This document shows positions 1-10,891 of a stretch of DNA of 64,000 bases, one piece after another (within the stretch, counting starts at the first letter, position 1; the number at the start of each line of letters is the position of its first letter). The notes under the pieces were generated by a model. The model was not told the origin of the DNA. It did not search any database and saw only the letters and a list, made by a program, of their open reading frames with translations. Position numbers and translations under genes: made by a program. The DNA is from Eledone cirrhosa. Its lineage: Eukaryota. Location of the stretch: the NCBI GenBank assembly GCA_964016885.1, contig OZ024761.1, forward strand, positions 3,844,001 to 3,908,000, written 5' to 3'.

Positions 1-920
1 TCCGTCTTGTTCCTATCCCTTGCTAATTCCTGACTAAAACCTATCGATTCTATTCTAATTGCTCTCTTAAGAGAGCTCCACCACCTGTTGTTGACAATTG
101 CCCCTGTCAAATTCTGCTTAACTAACGTGCTAATCCGTTTACTGTAAGCTTTGCTTCTCGGTAAGGACAAGTTCAGCTTCCAGTAACCGGGTCCCTGTCT
201 ATGGGTTCTATCAAGGTTGGCTATGCAGGTCACTAACTTGTGATCCGAATAGTCAACCATGAACATTTTTGGACAGCTAAATGTGTCCCTATCGTTCTCT
301 CTAACTAGGACCCTATCTAGGTACGACCTAGATGTTCCACTGCGATTGGTCCACGTCCATAGTGGTACAGTCGGAAAATCTAGTCGATATCTATCGGCCA
401 GGTCAAATCGGCCGATTAACCTTTTGAGGCTTTTACACCCCCCTCTATTGGCACATGCCCCTACATAGTCCCAACGTGCATCCAGGATACCATTCCAGTC
501 CCCCACTAAAAGCAAGGAGCGGGACGTTCCCAGAAAAGTTTCCAGACGTTGGAAGTATTCCGGCCGCGCTGCCCAAAAAGGGGCGTACACAGCTATTAGT
601 CTAAGGGCTCCACTTTCACTACTGCCGACGTCTAAAACCACCAGTCGACCCTCCGGGTCCAGGTGCACCTTCTGTATGGCGAGGCCCAGGTGTTTTCGCA
701 GCAGAACGACAACTCCACCCCCACCCCCCGGTTGACAGAGAGATGCGAAGATCTCAAAGTCGTCGAAGAGGGGCGCCAGTTGGTGCTCGCTGCTGATCCT
801 GGACTCGCAAATAGCCATTACATCCATTCTATGTGACCTGAGATCGTTTAAAAGTTTGCCTTGTTTCCAAGACAGTCCCAGGCCACGTACATTCAGAAAC
901 CCAACTCTTATATCAGCCAT
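1..920 (-). CDS. LINE ORF2 N-terminus (AP endonuclease domain), runs off the window
   Basis: Translated by hand with no stop: MADIRVGFLNVRGL...ICESR...DPEGRLVV...IAVYAP...LVGDWN...WTW...SRSYLDRVLV...SDH...GPGYWKLN. Confidence 0.92.
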   Translation of the reverse strand, partial: MADIRVGFLNVRGLGLSWKQGKLLNDLRSHRMDVMAICESRISSEHQLAPLFDDFEIFASLCQPGGGGGVVVLLRKHLGLAIQKVHLDPEGRLVVLDVGSSESGALRLIAVYAPFWAARPEYFQRLETFLGTSRSLLLVGDWNGILDARWDYVGACANRGGCKSLKRLIGRFDLADRYRLDFPTVPLWTWTNRSGTSRSYLDRVLVRENDRDTFSCPKMFMVDYSDHKLVTCIANLDRTHRQGPGYWKLNLSLPRSKAYSKRISTLVKQNLTGAIVNNRWWSSLKRAIRIESIGFSQELARDRNKT

Positions 921-941
921 GTTGGTTAAAAGAGGAAGGAC

Positions 942-2684
942 CTACCTGTTCGGCTCCTGAGGAGCAGGTTGCACAATATCCATGGGCGTATTGGAGGGGT
1001 TGTTTGGTGGGGTGTTGTTCTGTGGTGGAGTGGGGGTGTTTGGTGAGGTGTGGGTGGGGAAACGTTTCAAGAGGACGCGGTTATAGGGTCGAGTACATGT
1101 TTTCCCCACGTCCTCAGGAAAGTTCTCTCTTAGTTTTGCATAGGTGTCCATTGGGAGTCTTATCATTTTTAAATGCGGTTTGTTGGCCGCGCTTGCAAAG
1201 AATTGTCCTTCAGTTTCCACCAAAGGGTCTTTGTGTATTGTTTTTACTAGTTCTTTGTTATTTGTGTTAATGTATGTATACTGTTTTATTTGTGTTGTGT
1301 TTGTTTGTTGTTCTTGTGTGTGCTTACGTTTTGTTGTATGTGTTATGTTTTGGGGTGGGGCGGATTTTGTTTGTTCTGTTTGTTTTGTTTTTGTTGGTGG
1401 TTGTGTGTTTGTTTCGTTTATGTTCGAGTGGTGCTTTCTTTTTTTCCTTTTTACAGGTTGGAAGGGTTCCCCCTCTTCGTCACTAGGTGCCGTTTCCGCT
1501 GGGTCCTCGTCCGTGCTGTCGGGTAGTGGTGTATTTTGGGGTTTTGTTGTATTTGTGTGTGTTTTGGGAGTTGTTTTGGGTGGGGCCGTGTCTTGTGTTA
1601 TTTTTCCCTGTTGTTTTTGTTGTTGTTGTGGTGGTGGTGGTGGAGGTGGTGGTGGTGGTGGTGGTGGCGGTGGTGGTGTGTGGGGTGTAGGCAAAAGAGC
1701 CTTTTTTTTTGTCAATTGAGGACAAGCAGCCCTTAGATGACCCCTGCTTGAACAGTAGTAACATATGGGCCTCCTACCCTCGGCTGAAATATATATAAAT
1801 GTTTCTCCATCGAGGGACACCCTCTGTGGTATTCTAGCGATTCGTTCTGGTCTCATTTGGACCAGAACCTCCACGCTCAAACCGCCGAAAACGTCTGTGG
1901 TGACTTCTCCTACTGAGAGGATTCCGTCCTCGTCTTCTAAAAATCCTGTTAGTACCCAGGAAATGCATGCATTTGGCCGGATTCCGGAGACCCTTATCTT
2001 CTGCGTTCTTTTCCCTAAATATGTGGGGAAAAATGTATATATCTTGGAAACAATTGGTGCCACAGAGTATTTCCTGGCCGTCAATTGATCCTTCATTAGG
2101 ACCGTTATATTCCCATAGAGTGGTCCTTTTTGTATGAACGATATATCACTCCACACATTTTTTAGGACCAGCTCAATCTCTTTTTGGGATAATTGAGTTG
2201 GTTTCCTTGTTATGTTGGAAATTGTTCTGAAAGATATCGTTCTTAGCGTCGTGTCTCTTTTGATTTCTTGTGGGGAGGTGATTGTGAAGTCTCCTCCTTC
2301 TTTGAAAGTTACATACTGTTTCGCTTCCTTCATCTTTTCTCTCAGAGTTGTAATGTCCAGTTGCTTGCAGGTTTGTGTTTTCCGGACCGCCTGTGCAAAG
2401 GAGGTACCAGTAGTGGGTTCACTTTGTTTGGTGTTATCGTTATTTTTTCCTTGGTTGGTGTTGTGACTATTGCTGTTATTGTTGTTGATGTTTTTGTCTG
2501 CGTTTATGTGACTTTCTGGGTTTTCACCCATTTCTACAAATTTTTCTTTTAATTCCGTGTTCCATGTTTCTTTTGCAGAAGTGAGGAGGGAAGACTTAGA
2601 GCCTTGTGCTTCTAGCTTCTCTGTATCACCTTTCTTAGGGGGCGTGGCTTTCACGTTAGGATGAGATGTGAAAATTCCGTCCAT
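942..2684 (-). CDS. LINE ORF1 (Gag-like nucleic acid-binding protein with a CCHC zinc knuckle)
   Basis: CYYCSSRGHLRAAC knuckle, Pro/Thr/Gln-rich low-complexity tail, basic KRKKRK; first ATG at 2684 (frame open from 2777). Confidence 0.85.
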   Translation of the reverse strand: MDGIFTSHPNVKATPPKKGDTEKLEAQGSKSSLLTSAKETWNTELKEKFVEMGENPESHINADKNINNNNSNSHNTNQGKNNDNTKQSEPTTGTSFAQAVRKTQTCKQLDITTLREKMKEAKQYVTFKEGGDFTITSPQEIKRDTTLRTISFRTISNITRKPTQLSQKEIELVLKNVWSDISFIQKGPLYGNITVLMKDQLTARKYSVAPIVSKIYTFFPTYLGKRTQKIRVSGIRPNACISWVLTGFLEDEDGILSVGEVTTDVFGGLSVEVLVQMRPERIARIPQRVSLDGETFIYISAEGRRPICYYCSSRGHLRAACPQLTKKKALLPTPHTPPPPPPPPPPPPPPPPQQQQKQQGKITQDTAPPKTTPKTHTNTTKPQNTPLPDSTDEDPAETAPSDEEGEPFQPVKRKKRKHHSNINETNTQPPTKTKQTEQTKSAPPQNITHTTKRKHTQEQQTNTTQIKQYTYINTNNKELVKTIHKDPLVETEGQFFASAANKPHLKMIRLPMDTYAKLRENFPEDVGKTCTRPYNRVLLKRFPTHTSPNTPTPPQNNTPPNNPSNTPMDIVQPAPQEPNR

Positions 2685-2895
2685 TTCTATTAGTTTGCCG
2701 TAATAAATTTTTAACTGGAAAATTCGCCCCAAAAAGGGGCGAAAATGAATAAACTCAAAGTTTGACGACCAAGGCAAGGGGTTAACGTATATTACAGTAT
2801 AAAAAAATTAATCAAAACTCACTTTTTGAGTAAGTAAATCCGACTCGGTAGCCGAGCTTGTTCACACACGTCAACACACGTCTCTCGTATACGAG

Positions 2896-4625
2896 ATGTT
2901 ATGTGAGATATTATGTGAGGTAAAGCCTTTACTGTGAAAATACAATAGTATATATAGAGTAATGTAAATGTTATGTGAGATATTATGTGAGGTGAAACCT
3001 TTACTGTGAAAATATAATCATAATCTATAAAGCTCAGTGTATGGACATGCTCCTTTGTTAGAGAAATCTACGATATAGAATTTCTTCAATTGAAATTTAC
3101 AATTCAGTATTCGAAATAGCTTTGATTGCGTCTTGGCACAGATAATTTTTTCAATTTCACCCACAATTACGCAAAAAATAGATAAAACTCAATATTTTAC
3201 GATTTTTCTCTCTCATTACCATTCAAAATCTATACAACTTCATACTTTCTGCTACTTTCTCTTTCCAAGCTTGATGGTGATACTGTCCGTTTTACTCTCT
3301 CATATCATCTGCCTACCTCTATCTACAACCCACACATTTTGCTACTTTCTCTTTTATACTTCAAACTTATTGATTTATTTCCAAACGCATACAAACACAC
3401 ACTCACTTCAAATGATAAAAAAACATTTAAAGCAATTAAACAACGTGCAGGATTTATAACCACACTAACTTTAAGTTGCTTCAAACTTAATGATTTATTT
3501 ACAAACACATACAAACACACACTCACATAAATTGCTAAAAAAAAATTTAAAGTAATTAAACAACGTGCGGGATTTATAACCACAAATACACGACTATTCA
3601 TTAACAACATTTAAAGCAATTAAACAACGTGCGTGATTGCCGAAGAGAGAGAGAGAAGAGAGTGAGAGAGAGAGAGAGAGAGAGAGAACGTTTATTATTA
3701 CATAAAGTACCAGTAATGTACTGGGTATTTGCTGGCCTTGTGCCAAAAAAGTAGAAACAATTATTACATTTCATACAAAACGACAATTATTCAAAAGCAA
3801 CAGATACATTTATTCAACAACAAGCGATAAATCTTTTTTAAAACCTCTCAACGAACGTGGATTCTTACAGACTTTGAGTCGAATCGGTTTGAAATTGTGC
3901 AAATGTATAAACATGGAACATGTGCACACACACAACAACAACAATCTGCCTTTTATAGATAATGCTAAACAATAATATCCTCTATGAGGTCACCACTCCC
4001 TACTGTCTTAAATTTAGAAAACACATATCCTCTATGAGGTTACTAAACCTGCTAGAAACAGCAGCTAACTCTCCCCCATATCACACCCCTCCCTACTGTC
4101 TTAAATTTAGAAAACTTATCTTCTATGAGGTCACTAAACCTGCTAGAAACAGCAGCTAACTCTCCCCCATATCACACCACTCCCTACTGTCTTAAATTTA
4201 GAAAACACATGTCCTCTATGAGGTCACTAAACCTGCTAGAAACAACAGCTAACTCTCCCTCATATCACAACCCTCCCTACTGTCTTAAATTTAGAAAACA
4301 CACAGGCAACCATGCAGAACAACTCCATCGCAGCTCTGTTGTTCGGCTGGCATCGTCTACGCGTGTGTTGCGCAAGTACTGTGAAACAATAAATTTCAAC
4401 ACTTTTTTGCACAGAGATAATATCCATAGGCGAAACTATAATTGTCACTGCTGGCGCAGCTCCTGCTTCCAGGTCTGCAATTCATTCACCCAGTGCCTGG
4501 CAGACAAAAAAGTGCTGCCATAAAATGGGTGGTGCAACCTAACTTTGGTAACTTAATGACCCCGAGCAACGCCGGGCTTTAATGCTAGTAGTATATATAG
4601 AGTAATGTAAATGGTAAAGAGTTAA
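2896..4625 (+). mobile_element. piggyBac-like MITE carrying the 72-bp repeat, truncated by the Tx1 LINE and split by a Helitron
   Basis: 72-bp units at 2896-3017 resume exactly at 4589 and end GTAAATGGTAAAGAG-TTAA. Confidence 0.75.
3018..4588 (+). mobile_element. Non-autonomous Helitron
   Basis: Starts A|TC and ends with the CCCGAGCAACGCCGGG hairpin plus CTAG|T; removing it restores the 72-bp unit with no TSD; contains internal ~118-bp and ~89-bp tandem duplications. Confidence 0.8.
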
Positions 4626-4844
4626 AGGTTTCCTATTTAAATCAAACCTTCCAACCAAATTTGATATAAGAACGATATGTTAAGTTACTATTGTAGTAAT
4701 GAAATAATTAATAATTATAGCAAATCTCACAAAATTCTTTAACTGTTCTAAATTAGCTCTGGTTTTATGAAAGAAAATGCCACCCATTTTAAAGGGCTCC
4801 TATTTATATTGAAACCTTCCAATAAAATTTAATATGAGAACTAT

Positions 4845-5202
4845 AAGGGTCTTTGGAGTAACATTACTCAATCAAGTACGTAGCTCGGAGATGAGAGAGT
4901 CACTCCAGGTAGAACTGCTACTTCTTTGAATTGAGAGATCACAGCTCTGATACTATGGACATGTGGTTAGAATATCTCAGGAAAGAATCTCTGGACAGAT
5001 TTTATGGGGAAAACCAACTGGCCGGAGAACCAGGGGTAGACCCCGAGCAAGATGGTTGGATAACATCCATGAGCTTGGCTGGTCTTGTTTGTGGATCCAG
5101 CCAGATCAGTTGGAGACGGTTGCTTCTGACAGGACCCGCTGGAAGGAGTGTTTGAGGACTCTGCCTCCACGACCCTCTCAAGAATAAGTGGGTGAAGAAG
5201 AA
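4845..5202 (+). mobile_element. RTE-like LINE 3' fragment, family B with a (GAA)n tail; other copies at ~22555-22760(-), 24340-24510(-), 24530-25050(+), 31265-31480(-)
   Basis: [37 protein letters not shown], a typical RT C-terminus. Confidence 0.75.
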
Positions 5203-5232
5203 CTATATATTGAGATATTATTTTAGTAATAA

Positions 5233-5660
5233 AGGGCGGTGGATTGGCAGTATCAGTAGAACGTCAGACACCATGCTTTGCAGCATAGTGTTACGCCCCT
5301 TTACAGTTTGAGTTCAAATCCTGCTGAGGTTAACTTTGCCTTTCATCCATACGGGGTTAATAAAATAAAGCACCAGTAATGTACTGGGGTTGATTTAATC
5401 AACTTTCCCCAACCCCCAAAATTACTGGCCTTGTGCCTTTACTAGAAATCATTATTTTAGTAATGACGGTGGATTGGCAGTATCGGTAGAGGGTCGGACG
5501 CCATGCTTTGCAGCAAAGAGTTACGGCCCTTTATGCTCTGAGTTCAAATCCCGCCGAAGTTAACTTTGCCTTTCATCCTTACGGGGTCGATAAAATAAAG
5601 TACCAGTAATACACTGGGATAATTGCTGGCCTTGTGCCAAAAGTAGAAACAATTATTTTA
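5233..5660 (+). mobile_element. Two tandem tRNA-derived SINEs (family 1); more copies at 16965-17165(-), 21300-21495(+), 22403-22512(+), 44487-44870(- x2), 46088-46196(+)
   Basis: A box TGGCAGTATCGG, B box GAGTTCAAATCC, conserved core GCCTTTCATCCTTACGGGGTCGATAAAATAAAGTACCAG (Nin/Deu-like). Confidence 0.8.
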
Positions 5661-5945
5661 GTAATGAAATCATCAATAATGTTAGTAAATCCCTCAAAAT
5701 TAGTCCCTCAACATTAATTAATTGAAATAGTGTATTTCATTAGAAATAATAATGAGAGTTAAAAAACTTCTCAATTCTATGTTGGACTTTCCATGTAGCA
5801 TTCTTCCATGTAGCATTTTTTCCATGTAGCATTCTTTCATGTAGGTTTTTCCATTTAGATTTTTTTGTTCTTTATCCTTTCCCATTCTGTTTGGAAATGT
5901 ATTTTATTTTTAATTCCTTGGAGTTTCCTGTTCCTGTTTCCCTAG

Positions 5946-6115
5946 GTCCATATTGGAATCTCTGGTTTTGTAAGAGAAGGTGACAGTATGGTTGGAATAC
6001 CAAATGTCACCATTCATATCCATGGAAACACACACAATGTTACGACTTCTACTTTTGGAGACTTCTGGCGCCTCTTGCTTCCTGGCACATACGATGTCAC
6101 CTTTAGTGCACCCGG
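5946..6115 (+). CDS. CPD: CPD exon a (170 bp): transthyretin-like subdomain of the upstream CP domain
   Basis: cctag|GTC...CCCGG|gtaag; [57 protein letters not shown]. Confidence 0.92.
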
Positions 6116-6155
6116 GTAAGTTCCTTGCTTTTTGTTTGGTTGGTATCATGAAGTG

Positions 6156-6231
<76 letters not shown>

Positions 6232-9200
6232 GAGGGGGAGATCAAAAAGTTCGCGGAACTTTTCAGAAATTATTCTATTTTTCAAAAAATATGATTTACC
6301 TTCAATTTATTTTTCTACAAAGTTGCCATCCAGGTCAATACACTTCAAAAGCCCTAAAAAGCTGGAAAAAAATGAAGTTTTTCACCTAATGCAGGCGCTA
6401 GGCCATAACAAAGTTGGATTTTCTTTGCTCACGGTATGAAGAAGAGACTGACTAATACATAGTTACAATTTCAAGGAAATCAATCTGACATAACGCTTCA
6501 AAAACCCCCAAAAAGCTGGAAAAAGGGCAGTTTTTCACCTAATGCAGGCCCTAGGGGATCAAAAAGTTAAATTTTTTATGTGCATAACACTCCCTGAAAT
6601 ATAAGTAATACACATGTAAAGTTTGAAAAAGATCCGGTTGGGTACTTCTTGGGTTTCACACACACACATACACACATACATACATCCTTCCTCACTTTTA
6701 TATATATACATATATAGATTAAAATAACAATTTAAGCAAAGAATCGTTGCTTTCACCCTTAACGGGATCTTCTGAAACTAAAAACATCAATCTGTGAACG
6801 CAGAAGTAAATATTTCGAAAAACGTTGCAACCGAAGGAAAACAGGAAGACGATACTTTGGTTCGTGAAGATGTTCCATGGCAATGAACGGATAATAGCGA
6901 ACATAATATGTCATCAATGTTCGTCAGAATGTCGTAATGCAGACAGCCAGGCATACAGACAGATATTATAAGAGCGCGACAGAGATTGATAACCGGCGCC
7001 TAACACCCCTTTAACAACAGAAAATTGAAAAATAAAAGCTGTATTTAATATCTTTAGACCACAATGAATATATAAATGCAAGTTTGAAGTCAATTGGAGT
7101 AGAAATGTGGATTTGCATAGACTTTGCAAAAATGAGGATACACACAGACAACTACAGTTTTATATATATAGATATTGTATTTTCACAGTAAAGGCTTTAC
7201 CTCACATAATACCTCACATAACATTTACATTACTCTATATATACTATTGTATTTTCACAGTAAAGGCTTTCCCTCACATAATATCTCACATAACATTTAC
7301 ATTAATCTATATATACTATTGTATTTTCACAGTAAAGGCTTTCCCTCACATAATATCTCACATAACATTTACATTACTCTATATATACTATTGTATTTTC
7401 ACAGTAAAGGCTTTACCTCACATATCTCACATAACATTTACATTACTCTATATATACTATTGTATTTTCACAGTAAAGGCTTTACCTCACATAATATCTC
7501 ACATAATATCAAATCTACGAGATTTTGATATTATTTATTTTGAACAATACGTTAACATAAGTATGAGTGGTTGGTTACAGCCGGTTTGAACAGATATGGC
7601 CAGTTTAAATGCTAAAGTGTTAAAAGTTTAATTTCTATTTGTTTAGGTATAAAAGTGTGACATACACAGATGTAACTGTACCACACGGGGACAGTGTGAG
7701 GACTGTGGTAAAACTTTGGACATCAAGGAAGGACAATTCTAGAAGGTAAGGGTCCATATTGTGACATTTAGGGCCACCAACACCAACACTACACCACCAC
7801 CACTAACACTACATCACCACCACCACCACCACCACCAACACTACATCACCACCACCACCACCACCACCACCAACACTACACCACCACCAACACTACCCCC
7901 CCCCCCCCCCCTTCCACCACCACCACCTCAAGAACAACAACAACCATAATTAAGTCCAAACCACCCAAAATTAAGTCCTTTATAATATTCTTTGTTGAAA
8001 TAATTGGTGACAAGTATTTTTCTTCTAATTAGCGTCAAGTGGTAATTACTTAACTGGTGTTATTGTGGTGTTCCCTCACCTCCTGCACCGCCACCCCTTA
8101 CCATTAACATGACTACTGCCAACACCATCACCACCACCACCGACACCACTACACCATCACCACCACACCAACACAACCAACAACACCAGCACCACTACAC
8201 CATCACCACCACACCACCACAACCAACAACACCATCATCACCACCATCACCACCGATACCACCATCACTACACCATCACACCACCACCACGACATCACCA
8301 CCACCACTATGCCATCACCACACCACCACAACCAACAACACCACCACCACCACCACCACCACATCACCACCACCACCACATCACCACCACCACTATACCA
8401 TCACCACCACACCACCATAACCAACAACACCACCACTATACCATCACCACCACCTACCACCCCTACCCACCACACCACCACACCACCACCACATCACCAC
8501 CACCACCAGTCACCTTATCATCATCATCATCATCATCAGTAGTAGGCTCGTTACACTAAAAGGTTCACCCAGTGCAGTACTATATATTCATATTAAAAAC
8601 TAGCAGTAAAGCCCGGCGTTGCTCGGGGCTGCTCAGTTAAAGTTACAATATTAAGTTCTTTTCTTGGCTTAAAAACTGTAGAGTCTACAGTGTAGACTTT
8701 CATGTGGTACTTTTGATTAATATTCCCTCAACCAACAGTGTACCTTATGAAGTTAAGAAAACAACCATAACCCGAATGTTAAAACAAAAGAGGATGCTGG
8801 GGATAAAACTGCACTGGTAATCTATTAACAAAAATCGAAAATGTAAACACTGCAACACTTGTCTCAGAGAAAAACATCAGCATAACCAAACTATCAGTTA
8901 TTTTGAAACAAAGAAATTGGATGGACATGAAAAACAAAAAAAAAATGCGTTATCTGTCTGTCATTTAAAATCATTGCTTCTAAATGAAAATCTCATAAGG
9001 CTTTATTCGAGATTATATATATAGATCAATGCTTTTTTTACAAAATATTTGCTTATTTTACGGTGTATTCAAATAGGCTTGTTTTCAAGTAAAAATATTG
9101 TTTTAAAAGACTTTTTAATTGAAATGAAGCAAAATGGAAGCTTAATGTTGAAACTTCGAACTCTTGAATTTTGCAGGTTAAAATTTTACTGGTCCGAAAA

Positions 9201-9613
9201 CTGTTCACGTATTTTTGTACTTTTGCACGCGCCTTATATTCGTAACGTAAATAGATAGACAGAATGACGCCATAAAAGGGAAATAACTCGTCTCTCATCT
9301 CTATACATTTGAACTGAAAAATCAATACATTACAAATTCGAATTTTGCACTTGGCGTGGGTCGATTTGAAAATTTTTTGACCAATCTCTCTGCCAGACCT
9401 TCATCTATAAGTGTAGCAATTTCACCGAAATTTGAACGTATGGTTTAGGAGGAGATGTGTGCCGACCGTTTTAGTAGACAGACAGACAACCTCAGTTTTA
9501 TATATATAGATAAAATTAGAATTTTATTTCTTAACCAAGCACAGCTGATACATAAATGTAAGTATGCACACGTACACACACTCACACACACACTCACATA
9601 TATATATATACAT

Positions 9614-9678
<65 letters not shown>

Positions 9679-10486
9679 TATATACACATATATATATACA
9701 CACACACACAATCAAAAGGTTGTGAGTTCAATTCTCAGACTGGGTGATGTGTTGTTTCCTTGAGCAAGAGACTTTATTTCACATTGCTCCAGTTTACTCA
9801 GCTGTAGAAATGAGATGATAGGGACTGGGGTCCCTATCATTCCACTGCAAAGTGGTAGTGGAGGTGCGACGACAACAAAGCACCCAGCCCACACTGTAAA
9901 GTGGACGTGTAGGTGCCACAGCAAAAAAAGCACCCAGCACTCTCCGTAAATGAGGTTGGTGTTAGGAAGTGCATCCAGCTGTAGAAATCAAGCCAGAATC
10001 AGTTCCCATCCCACCCTTGCAAGCAGCGAAAAGCGGACGTAAAATGATGATGATGATGATGATGATATTAAATAAATGGAAACTATATCTATAAAACCAT
10101 ATTTATTCTATTATATATATTTCAAGGGTACCAAAACTTTGTTACGCTCTCATCAGATAAAACACAAAGTTTGTTTTATAAATATTGACATAACCAAGAA
10201 AAAATACCTTAACTGTTCAAATTTTTCCTGGATAGGAACCGTTAAGGTATTTTTTCCTGGTTATGTCAATATTTATAAAACAAACTTTGTATTTTATCTG
10301 ATGAGAGCGTACCAAAGTTTTGGTACCCTTGAAATATATATAATAGAATAAATATGGTTTTATAAATATAGTTTCCATTTATTTAATATCATTGAACATT
10401 ATACTCCTGAAAAGCTGTTGAGTGCTCTGAATCAGTTATAAACATTTATATTTGTTGAATTTCCAACAAATTGAATATCCCTTTTG

Positions 10487-10538
<52 letters not shown>

Positions 10539-10838
10539 GTGTTGGATGCTTAAAGCGTCCATATGCGGTAGGCCGTATGAGCACTCAATGCCCTCGTAGA
10601 GCAGAGTATGATATCACAGAAAAAAGAGAATCAGTGTTGCGACGAAACATATATATATGTATGTAAAAGGTAAACAGAAATAACAACACAATCGGTACAG
10701 TATATGGAAGGTATATATTAGGTTAACGATTGATATAGCAGGAAGAGGGTCTTAACGTTTCGGACGCTAGTCCTTCATCAGAAGAAAGAATGAGAAAGAA
10801 GATAGATTGAGGGGACGGGCAGGGTGGGGTTGGAAAAA

Positions 10839-10891
<53 letters not shown>

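Larger units (their letters stand above)
1..2895 (-). mobile_element. Tx1/L1-clade non-LTR retrotransposon, 5' portion (5'UTR, ORF1, start of ORF2), antisense within the CPD intron
   Basis: Two consecutive uninterrupted ORFs separated by 21 bp; CCHC knuckle in ORF1; APE endonuclease in ORF2. Confidence 0.9.

Noticed and set aside
6229-6560. Mariner-like TIR start TACGAGGGGGAGATCAAAAAGTT
   Set aside because: No matching second TIR or coding sequence found, so boundaries cannot be supported.
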